DNA of 33,649 nucleotides from Puniceicoccales bacterium (GTDB lineage Bacteria; Verrucomicrobiota; Verrucomicrobiia; Opitutales; JAIRLM01): NCBI GenBank assembly GCA_031258995.1, contig JAIRMB010000038.1, positions 1 to 33,649 of the forward strand, read 5' to 3'. Shown piece by piece: positions 26,326 to 33,649 of this stretch (position 1 is its first letter; each line of letters starts with the position of its first letter). The notes under the pieces were generated by a model. It saw only the letters and a program-made list of their open reading frames with translations, ran no database searches and was not told where the DNA came from. The position numbers and the translations under genes were made by a program.

Positions 26326-27051
26326 AGTTCACAACAAAATTAAAGTGAAAAACGGACACGAATGCAAAAATCGCGACATACGGGCGCCCCAACTTCTTTT
26401 CGCCCATTTGGGCTAGTCGGCCGCTCAAAGTGGAGGATTCTCTGCCCTCCCAGTAAAAATAGCAAGGATTTTGCTGGCCGCTTTTTTTTGCTTCGCCACA
26501 GGCCAATGGGACAGGTCCGGATCGGCCGGCCCCTATTCCGCGAAAAAAAACGCGAAAGCCTAAGGTCGTGCAAAACCGACGGCGACTTTACCGCCAAGAC
26601 CTAGTCCGTAGAATACGACGCAAAACACAAGGGCAATCCAGAAGCCGCCGCTGACGGTAAATCTTCCTGCGTAGCGAGAAAAATTTTGGGCGGTTCTTTA
26701 TGCGATTCGCGCACGTAAATAAACGTAACTCTTATCTCGCAGGCAATACATTAGAGTATTTAGCGCGGAAGCGGCGTTTTGCAGACGCAGTTCTTCGGCC
26801 ACGCCAATCGCAAGAGGAAGTGCGGTCGGCGCCCCCTTGGGCCGTCGGCCCGGAGAAGTGGGGACGGCAGAGGATGAGAACCCTGTGCTCCCATGCGCGG
26901 GCGCCATTGCCTTTTAGGGAAATGACATAGTTCATGCGTCTGGGGCAATCGAGCCGCCTTTGGCGAGCCCAAAAGTGTGCCGGATTGAGAAGTTTCCACA
27001 GCGGTCGGAATAACTCACATCCTCGGGGCGAGGAAGGGTAGCTCGGCAGGC

Positions 27052-29160
27052 ATGTTTTACGTCCGGATGGACGATCGGTCGCCCCAGAAGCGATTGCCGT
27101 CGCAGCCCGACCGTCATTTTTTCGTAAATTTATCTTTCTCTTTCGCAATATCGCTCCGCAGGGAAAGACAAGGCCGCACTGTGAGCGCGCCCATCGAAAG
27201 AGATCCAGTAGCATTTTTGCTTTCAGCATTACGCTGTGTCAGCAGAGGTGGCGAATTAGCTGACGAATTACTAGGCAGTGCTACTGCGCTAGTGCAATCA
27301 ACGCGCACATATGCCGATCCCTCTGCAACGCAGTGTAATGATCTCGCGATCTCGTCGGCGCTGGCAGCGAGCATCATTTACCCTAGCACACCTTCGCATT
27401 TATGGTTTTCCGCGCAACGTATTGATGGAATTTTTGCTGCCTTTCTTGCCGTTTTGTCATCCCCTACGCCTCCGGCGATTCCTGGTTTCGACGAGAAGTT
27501 TTTTAGAAGACGTTTCGTGGACAGTCTACGCTGTCGTTTTTGCCAGGGAATGGAGGTTTCCGATCCGGTAACGACTGTCTCAAGGCTTTTAGGTGAAGTG
27601 CGAACCATGCCCTTCGCTGCCCACAGCATTCCATTCACCCAATTGATTCTACTGTGCTTTGATCTTGTCGAGGCCGCCAAAAAAAAGGCCGGGAGAGATG
27701 TGGACCGTTTGCCGGCATTGCTTGCTCCGCTTTCGGGACTCTTCGTTGAGGAAAGATTTGGAGCAGGAAGGGATTTCTCCGCGAGGGTTGAGGCATCGTT
27801 TGCGCTGCATGGGCGCGCGCGGGCGATGGCGCCATTCGCAGAGTTTTTTGCTAAAGGGTTCGATGAAAGGTGCATTGCGGTTATCGTCGGATATTTTCCT
27901 GATCTGTCGGCGGAAGCGCGAAAAGTTCTTGGAGAAAGTATTTCATTACTACTGGAAAAAATTCGCAAAATGGAAGGCGAGAAACTGGGAACACGTGGAC
28001 GCATTGATGTGAAGCATTTCGCCGAACTACCCCAGCGTCCGAAGACGGGCTTTGCTAAAATCTTGAGTATTTTTACGAAAGACGATACGGTGAGAAGAGA
28101 ACGTTTTTTGACCACTCTTCGTAGCCTTCGCGTCCGTGGAGAGGAGTGCTTCGGCGCTGTCGCCGCTGTCATGGACGCTGACGCTGTCATAGATGCCTTT
28201 GACAAGCTCCTCCTCCTGTCCGGATCGGATGCCGTTCCCTTGGCCGCCTGCTTCCGCACCTTTTCTGCAAATAGGATGCTCCTCGTGCAGCAGCCATTGC
28301 TCTTTATTGGCAAAGCACTACTATGCTTCTACAAGGAAGCACGATCGGCCGGTTCGCAACGGGCGGAAGTCGCGATGCGACTGCTGCGGCGGATATGTTC
28401 TCTCCCGCCGCGAGATGAAATCACCCTTCGAACCAATCTGCTGGCTGTGCCCATCGGCGAATCCGCTGGGCCGAAGTTGGGGGACCTCGTAGTAGAGATC
28501 GACGGCGAATTTCAGCCCCGCATGACCTGCGCCGGGCTATGTGATCTAAGCAATCTCCCGGTCTGGTGTGGGCCCTCTGGAACTACCATAGATTTTCTAA
28601 TAATGGTCCATCTGCTGCAGCCCGAATATGTTACAGGCGCGCTCGCTTCTTTACTGGATTTTTTAACCTCCATGGGAACAAGTGAGCTTTCCGTCGAATT
28701 CAGAGGTCTATTTACGCAAATTACGTTCTATATGGCCCTAAAGGAATACCACAGTCCGGCGGAAGTATTGGCTGCTTTTCTTGCCACCGCGCTAGCGGTC
28801 GCACCTGAAACTGAATCTGGCATTGCTCCTCCCCCTGCTTCTGTCCTGGCCAGGTGGCTTTCGACCATCTCAGATGACATGATGGTGGATTTCCCGACGG
28901 ATCCTTTTGTCGCCGCCCTTGTCGCCGCCCTTGATAACAATTTTACTCGCGTCCTTTGGTTTCTTTGGCGCAAACTCAAAGGAGCTCCGGCGAGCTTTTT
29001 CATTGAATCTTCAGTTCAACCGGCACCGGCAGCAGCGGCTCCACGGGACGAAGGCGCTCCGCAAGATCTTCCGGTGGCGGTAGCTCCCCAAGGGGGAGGA
29101 AGCGCCCCGGATGCTCCACCGGCAGCGGTGGTTCCACATAATCCGCCCGATGGTGAGTGA
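27052..29160 (+). CDS. large hypothetical protein with Pro/Ala-rich C-terminal tail
   Basis: 702-aa ORF with protein-like composition throughout. No motif recognised. The last ~55 aa are a low-complexity P/A/G tail. Start is ATG 27052 or 27067. Confidence 0.7.
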   Translation: MFYVRMDDRSPQKRLPSQPDRHFFVNLSFSFAISLRRERQGRTVSAPIERDPVAFLLSALRCVSRGGELADELLGSATALVQSTRTYADPSATQCNDLAISSALAASIIYPSTPSHLWFSAQRIDGIFAAFLAVLSSPTPPAIPGFDEKFFRRRFVDSLRCRFCQGMEVSDPVTTVSRLLGEVRTMPFAAHSIPFTQLILLCFDLVEAAKKKAGRDVDRLPALLAPLSGLFVEERFGAGRDFSARVEASFALHGRARAMAPFAEFFAKGFDERCIAVIVGYFPDLSAEARKVLGESISLLLEKIRKMEGEKLGTRGRIDVKHFAELPQRPKTGFAKILSIFTKDDTVRRERFLTTLRSLRVRGEECFGAVAAVMDADAVIDAFDKLLLLSGSDAVPLAACFRTFSANRMLLVQQPLLFIGKALLCFYKEARSAGSQRAEVAMRLLRRICSLPPRDEITLRTNLLAVPIGESAGPKLGDLVVEIDGEFQPRMTCAGLCDLSNLPVWCGPSGTTIDFLIMVHLLQPEYVTGALASLLDFLTSMGTSELSVEFRGLFTQITFYMALKEYHSPAEVLAAFLATALAVAPETESGIAPPPASVLARWLSTISDDMMVDFPTDPFVAALVAALDNNFTRVLWFLWRKLKGAPASFFIESSVQPAPAAAAPRDEGAPQDLPVAVAPQGGGSAPDAPPAAVVPHNPPDGE

Positions 29161-29224
29161 TGCGAAGTACGCCTTATTAGTATTTTTTTAGCAAAAGTGA
29201 GGCTTGCGAAGCGGTTAAGAATTA

Positions 29225-29971
29225 TTGGAACGTGCGCGGAGGTTTGTTATGCTGGCTACTCGTCGTTTAAATTCATTATATCCTGAGGCCCTTCTGCCCA
29301 CCGGCGACTTGGGTGGAGGCGCGGCAAGCTCGCCCGAACTCAAGCTTTTTGCCGCCGGGCGCGGCCGGCGCATGTCGTTTCCTTTCCTTCTCGCAGCCGT
29401 GCAGGGCGGTAAGTGGCGCAGTGGGATGGTTGATTTCACAAGCTGTGGGGCGTGTGGTTTTCCTCTACTTCTAAAGCTGGAAAAGCTGGAAGCCGTGGGA
29501 GTGTGCGGATACAGTAAGGCGGTGCAGCCTTTTGTGGATTCGTTGAAGGGTCTGTTAGACAAAGAGGCCGTGGGGGGCTGGGCCTTTGCGGTTAAATGTG
29601 GGTTTTCCTTGCCGGAAATGCGGTCGCAGTATGCCGATGCGCTGCGGTCCGAGAATGGGCCGCGGCAGCTGTTGGCGTTAATTAACAGCCTAATAAGGGA
29701 CGGGTACGCTAGGGCGGAGTGCGAGAAGGTGAATGAATGCATTTATCAGATCCTGGTGGCGCAGCCGGATGCGAAAATGGATCCCTTGGCGTACGTTTTG
29801 TCTCATTCATCCAATGGGGAGTTGCGTGGCGAATACTACGCGCTTTTGGAGGGGCTAGGGGCGGATATTCAGAATCGCGTGAATAACTTTGAGTATGAGC
29901 TGTGGGATGCGGATGGTTGGCGTTGCACGAGGAGAAGAGTGAACGATAGCGTGCGTTATACTTGGGCGTGA
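29225..29971 (+). CDS. hypothetical protein
   Basis: 248-aa ORF. The start may be ATG 29249. No motif recognised. Confidence 0.55.
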   Translation: MERARRFVMLATRRLNSLYPEALLPTGDLGGGAASSPELKLFAAGRGRRMSFPFLLAAVQGGKWRSGMVDFTSCGACGFPLLLKLEKLEAVGVCGYSKAVQPFVDSLKGLLDKEAVGGWAFAVKCGFSLPEMRSQYADALRSENGPRQLLALINSLIRDGYARAECEKVNECIYQILVAQPDAKMDPLAYVLSHSSNGELRGEYYALLEGLGADIQNRVNNFEYELWDADGWRCTRRRVNDSVRYTWA

Positions 29972-30001
29972 GTTGTTTTGCTTGCGCGTTTCGTCGGTTA
30001 C

Positions 30002-31102
30002 CTATTGCTGGTCCGCTTTCTCCATGCGGGTGTAGTAGGTTCCGCCGCCTAAGAGTCGGTCGCCGTCGTAGAAGGCTAGTGTTTGCCCCTCCGCCAGAGC
30101 CCGTTGTGGTGTTTCGAAATGCACATGGGCGGTGTCGTCTTCTCGGAAGCGGATCAGGGCGGCCACGGGTGGGTCTCGAAAGCGCGGTTCCGTGAGGAGC
30201 CGCCGTCCCCCTCGGATCGGCTCGCAGAGAAAGTTCAAGTCGCGCAGTTCCGCCGAATCATTCCAGAGGCCGTTCTTCCGGTCTGACTCGAATGCTATTG
30301 TTAGCGCGTTGCGCGCTAGATCCTTTCCGACGACTACGTACCTTTCAAAATCCCGATTGGACGGGATGGCCAAGCCTTTCCGCTGGCCGAGCGTGTGACG
30401 GAACAGGCCCCGGTGTCGGCCGAGGATTTTCCCTTCCCGGTCAAGGATGTCCCCCGGCCTGTCCGGCAGATAGCGGCCGAGAAAGTCCCGCACTGTCACC
30501 TTCCCGCCTAAAAAGCAAATGTCTTGGCTGTCCTTCCGCTCTGCGTTGGGAAGACCGATCGCGCGGGCGATCTCCCGAACCCGTTTTTTGGTGAGCCTGC
30601 CAACGGGAAATAGGATATGCGGCAGGGCTTTCCGACGGACGGCAGATAAAAAATAGCACTGGTCCTTGGTCGGATCCGCTCCACGGCGGAGAACGTGCTC
30701 ACCGGAGGGAAGGTGCTCCATGCGGCAGTAGTGTCCGGTGGCTAAAAAATCGCAGCCGGCGGCGAGGGCCCCTTCCAAAAGAAAACCGAATTTAACAAAG
30801 CGGTTGCAGAGTATGTCCGGATTAGGGGTTCGGCCGGCGCCGTATCCGGCAACGAGCGGCTCAACTACGTGCTGACGGTAGTGGGAGATCAAACTTTCTA
30901 CGCGAAAAGGGACCCCTAGGTGTTCGGCAACGGCCCGAGCGTTTTCCCGATCTTCTTGCCAAGGGCACTCGCCGGCGCCGTCTTCGCTCTGCCAGGTGCG
31001 CATGTGGACCGCCTCCACCGCATGGCCGCTCTCTAAAAGTAAATGGGCTGCAACGGCGCTATCCACACCGCCGGACAGGGCGACACAGATGCGAGATCTC
31101 AC
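30002..31102 (-). CDS. mnmA: tRNA-specific 2-thiouridylase MnmA
   Basis: PP-loop ALSGGVDSAV, then CNRFVKFG, ATGHYCR, KDQCYFL and C-terminal GQTLAFYDGDRLLGGG. I place the start at GTG 31102 (367 aa). The track ORF runs to 31537, but that extension is Pro/Arg-rich and overlaps the divergent GT4 gene. Confidence 0.9.
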   Translation of the reverse strand: MRSRICVALSGGVDSAVAAHLLLESGHAVEAVHMRTWQSEDGAGECPWQEDRENARAVAEHLGVPFRVESLISHYRQHVVEPLVAGYGAGRTPNPDILCNRFVKFGFLLEGALAAGCDFLATGHYCRMEHLPSGEHVLRRGADPTKDQCYFLSAVRRKALPHILFPVGRLTKKRVREIARAIGLPNAERKDSQDICFLGGKVTVRDFLGRYLPDRPGDILDREGKILGRHRGLFRHTLGQRKGLAIPSNRDFERYVVVGKDLARNALTIAFESDRKNGLWNDSAELRDLNFLCEPIRGGRRLLTEPRFRDPPVAALIRFREDDTAHVHFETPQRALAEGQTLAFYDGDRLLGGGTYYTRMEKADQQ

Positions 31103-31240
31103 GACCTCAGTGGGAAGGAGGCCGCAGCGGGAGGCAAGAGGAAACGGACAGCGAGGAGGAGACGCACGGTGCCACGGAATTTTTGTCTTTGACCAGGGAG
31201 GGATGGCCGGAGCCGAAGGGAACCGGGAAATGGGTGGACA

Positions 31241-32548
31241 GTGCTCCGTTTGCCGGATAGTAAACCGTCCGCTGTGAACGTTTGGGTGCTGCAGATGGGA
31301 GAACCGATCTCCTTCTTTGACGGTGGAAATCGCCCGTTCCGCACAGAAATGTTGGTCAATCGTCTGGTGGAAAGGGGAAATTCTGTCCTCCACTGGACTT
31401 CCACCTTCGATCAACTTCGCAAGACTTTCCGCTTCTGCGAAGGCCGGGAGGTAACGATGGGAGCCCGACTCCGCTATCGCTTTCTCCACGGCCCTACGCC
31501 TTACACGAAAAGCGTTTCCATTCGCCACTCGCGCCACGATCGGGAGTTGGCAAGAGATTTTTGCCGCTGTGCCTCCGAGGAAGCGCCGCCGGACCTCATT
31601 CTCTGCTCCATTCCACCCTTACGGCTGGCTCGCCGCGTTAGCGAGTACGCCCGCCGCCGTTCCGTGCCTCTCATTTTGGATGTGCGGGACCGCTGGCCAG
31701 ATTCCTTCCTTAGGGCCCTACATTTTCCGCTCTACCAGCTCTTTCACTGGATCTTCCGCCATGAACGGCGTCGGGCTCAGCAGGTACTTCATGGGGCCGA
31801 TGCGGTCAGCGCCATCACGGAAGACTGCCTTCGCTGGGCGCATAGACAGGCGGATAGGCCGCCGGGGCCATGGGATCGGGTTTTCCCGCTCGCCTACGAA
31901 GAGCCGCCGGCGACTCTTTTCGCCACGGACCGGCAGCGCTGGGAATTTCGCAAATCTTTGTCTCTGGGAAAGACGGCGGCCATTATTACCTGCATTGGTC
32001 GGGTCGGATCCGTTTTTGACTTTGCCATGGTCGTAGCCCTGGCCCGGCAGTTTGCCGCCGAGGGACGTCGAGATGTGCGTTTCGTTTTGGCCGGAGAAAA
32101 TCCCGTCCGCCATCAGCGGCTGCCCAATTTGACTGTGACCGGCTGGCTAGACCGCCTTAAACTGCAAAAGTTACTGGCAGTCAGCACCATTGGCCTGCTT
32201 CCATACCGGGATATGCAGGGCCCAACGGTACGCAACAAAGCCATGGACTTTTTGGCTATGGGTGTTCCAGTCGTTTCCTCTTTGGGCGGTGAATTGAGCC
32301 AGCTGATGGAGCAGTACCGCTTTGGCCTTTCCTTTCCGGCCGGCGATTTGCCTGCCCTCCGCCTTGCCGTGGACCAAATTCTTAGGTCGACGGAATTGCA
32401 GGCGGCCATGCGGATTGGCGCTGGAAAGGCTTTTCAGGAACACTTTACAGCAACGCAGGTCTATGGCGCCTTCGCGGAGTTTCTAGAGGAATTTCACCGA
32501 GCCCACTCGCCGACCCCGCCGCCGGGCGATTTTTTACGTACCAGCTAG
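31241..32548 (+). CDS. family 4 (GT-B, group 1) glycosyltransferase
   Basis: C-terminal glycosyl transferase group 1 pattern (ITCIGRV....FVLAGE....VTGWL....LLPY....KAMDFLAMGVPVVSS). Alternative starts are GTG 31274 and ATG 31295. Confidence 0.85.
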   Translation: MLRLPDSKPSAVNVWVLQMGEPISFFDGGNRPFRTEMLVNRLVERGNSVLHWTSTFDQLRKTFRFCEGREVTMGARLRYRFLHGPTPYTKSVSIRHSRHDRELARDFCRCASEEAPPDLILCSIPPLRLARRVSEYARRRSVPLILDVRDRWPDSFLRALHFPLYQLFHWIFRHERRRAQQVLHGADAVSAITEDCLRWAHRQADRPPGPWDRVFPLAYEEPPATLFATDRQRWEFRKSLSLGKTAAIITCIGRVGSVFDFAMVVALARQFAAEGRRDVRFVLAGENPVRHQRLPNLTVTGWLDRLKLQKLLAVSTIGLLPYRDMQGPTVRNKAMDFLAMGVPVVSSLGGELSQLMEQYRFGLSFPAGDLPALRLAVDQILRSTELQAAMRIGAGKAFQEHFTATQVYGAFAEFLEEFHRAHSPTPPPGDFLRTS

Positions 32549-32590
32549 CGTCGCTCGCTACGAGGAACCGACTCCCAAAAGAAGAAAGAC

Positions 32591-32623
32591 TTGCAAACCC
32601 ATTATCTATCCGTATAATGGGTT
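32591..32623 (+). promoter_or_regulatory. candidate promoter overlapped by a perfect 10-bp inverted repeat
   Basis: TTGCAA (32591-32596), a 16-nt spacer, then TATAAT (32613-32618). Inverted repeat AACCCATTAT (32596-32605) / ATAATGGGTT (32614-32623) with an 8-nt loop. The ATG at 32617 lies inside the right arm. Confidence 0.3.
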
Positions 32624-33417
32624 CCGCAGTGAGTTCCTCTGGAAGCATCGGTGATGTCGAGCATGTGTTTTTGCGGCGCTTCGAAACAGAAGTTTCCAGA
32701 GGAAAAATCCGAGCGAGAGCTGTGACGAGCGAAAAAATAGTGAAGAAAACAGCAACGAGGTCCTCCTTGTACGAAGGCCTTCGTTGTCTTTTCGGAATTT
32801 TGCTCCCAGTTTTTCGTATGGAAGAAATCATGACTCTTGATCTATTTTTTAGGGCTAAAGGGGAAACGCGTTATCCCCTCTTAAAGGCGATCTTTTCCTC
32901 CTATTCGAGGACTACCACAGAGATGGAGGAGCTCGCCGAAGCGATTCGTAGCTCCAAAAATGGGACTGAGAAATTTGTAGAAAATGTAAAGTCCGCCTAT
33001 GAGCTTTTTAAAGCAGAATATTCTAATTGGGGCGAAATAAATAAAAGCGGTAGTGACTATCTTGATCTTGAACCTACTGATATCGCAGAACGGATTGCCA
33101 CGTGCGGAAGGCTCGCTGTCCAATGCGGAAGCCAAGATCCCATACTTGCTGGGTCGAAACCGGCGAATACATTTATAATTAAGTACATGCTTTCAGAATT
33201 AAAAAACATTCCTGCGAAAGCCTTTAGAAGACTGGGCGCCATTGATCGACAATCCTGCTTTACATTCCTGATTTTCATGCGAGATGGCGGATACACTGAT
33301 GTCAACATTGCGATCCGTGCAAATGTGAGAGATCCGAATAAAATGGAAGTTTTCGTCGGCGCTCCCGGCGCACAATTTCCTCCCGGCTGCGTGAAAGTTC
33401 CTATGGCAGAATGGTAG
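32617..33417 (+). CDS. hypothetical protein (AT-rich)
   Basis: 266-aa ORF, markedly AT-rich. If the promoter call is right, the real start may be ATG 32818. Near the C-terminus, F.R.GGY..VN..IR resembles the Y..IN..LR helix of ADP-ribosyltransferases (weak). Confidence 0.55.
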   Translation: MGSAVSSSGSIGDVEHVFLRRFETEVSRGKIRARAVTSEKIVKKTATRSSLYEGLRCLFGILLPVFRMEEIMTLDLFFRAKGETRYPLLKAIFSSYSRTTTEMEELAEAIRSSKNGTEKFVENVKSAYELFKAEYSNWGEINKSGSDYLDLEPTDIAERIATCGRLAVQCGSQDPILAGSKPANTFIIKYMLSELKNIPAKAFRRLGAIDRQSCFTFLIFMRDGGYTDVNIAIRANVRDPNKMEVFVGAPGAQFPPGCVKVPMAEW

Positions 33418-33649
33418 GCCGCGCAAATGCTGCGACCCGCAGACCTGTGCCATGGATGTACCTCTATCCGAAGTTCCATCGGACAAAGACCTTTCTCAAG
33501 ATCTATCGCACCGATGCCCATCAACTAGTCGGAAAGTCGGAACTCGACACGCCGCTGAGTGCCGTGCGAATACCGGCGCCGGCCGAAGGAATGGGGCTCT
33601 GGAAAAAACGCGATACATTTCTTCGGGCACTAAGAATAGCCGGACGAAT
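33411..33649 (+). CDS. possible partial ORF, open at the right window edge
   Basis: The ATG at 33411 overlaps the TAG of the previous ORF (ATGGTAG). It reads MVGRANAATRRPVPWMYLYPKFHRTKTFLKIYRTDAHQLVGKSELDTPLSAVRIPAPAEGMGLWKKRDTFLRALRIAGR with no stop before the window ends. A second frame is also open here, so support is weak. Confidence 0.3.
   Translation, partial: MVGRANAATRRPVPWMYLYPKFHRTKTFLKIYRTDAHQLVGKSELDTPLSAVRIPAPAEGMGLWKKRDTFLRALRIAGR

Noticed and set aside
26511-26530. ACAGGTCCGGATCGGCCGG resembling the SRP (4.5S) RNA domain IV motif CAGGUCCGGAAGGAAGCAGC
   Set aside because: Only the CAGGTCCGG part matches. The GGAAGCAGC half and the flanking helix are absent.
27378-28313. Long antisense ORFs: 311 aa here, plus 7192-7971 (259 aa), 2383-2955 (190 aa) and 11472-12014 (180 aa)
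   Set aside because: All lie opposite ORFs with far more protein-like composition or clear motifs. Their translations are Ser/Arg/Pro/Ala-rich, as expected for off-frame reading of GC-rich coding DNA.
31103-31537. 145-aa N-terminal extension of the mnmA ORF
   Set aside because: The conserved PP-loop begins immediately after GTG 31102. The extension is Pro/Arg/Ser-rich and overlaps the divergent GT4 gene.
1-33649. CRISPR arrays, tRNA/rRNA genes, IS elements, integrases, phage structural genes, toxin-antitoxin pairs
   Set aside because: Scanning by eye, I found no regularly spaced direct repeats, no tRNA T-arm/acceptor signatures, and no transposase, integrase or phage motifs in any translated ORF. 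Absence cannot be proven without tRNAscan-SE, Infernal or ISfinder runs.

Overview
This is a 33.6-kb bacterial window; I cannot assign a taxon from the sequence alone. Spot counts put the core genes at roughly 55-60% GC. Recognisable genes are miaB (5' fragment), tyrS, sufU, a GT2 glycosyltransferase, an adenylate-kinase-family protein, an IPT/TIG lipoprotein, a CPA2 antiporter with two RCK_C domains, ftsK, rnpB (type A RNase P RNA), rpoD, a beta-CASP MBL hydrolase, mnmA and a GT4 glycosyltransferase. Between them lie about 17 ORFs with no motif I recognise. Many are visibly more AT-rich than the core genes, and several carry hydrophobic segments. The most interesting region is 12.8-21.5 kb, between ftsK and rpoD. 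It is an all-minus-strand ORFan island split by rnpB. Its two halves contain paralogous coiled-coil, partly tail-anchored proteins in the same order, and several members are interrupted by in-frame stops or apparent frameshifts. Other observations: TAG is the commonest stop codon; FtsK ends without a gamma domain; a 650-aa membrane ORFan carries three internal repeats; and the right-edge ORF has a weak ADP-ribosyltransferase-like motif next to a reading-frame switch. I found no CRISPR array, tRNA, rRNA, transposase or integrase by eye. All family assignments rest on motifs read from the translations; no database search was run.
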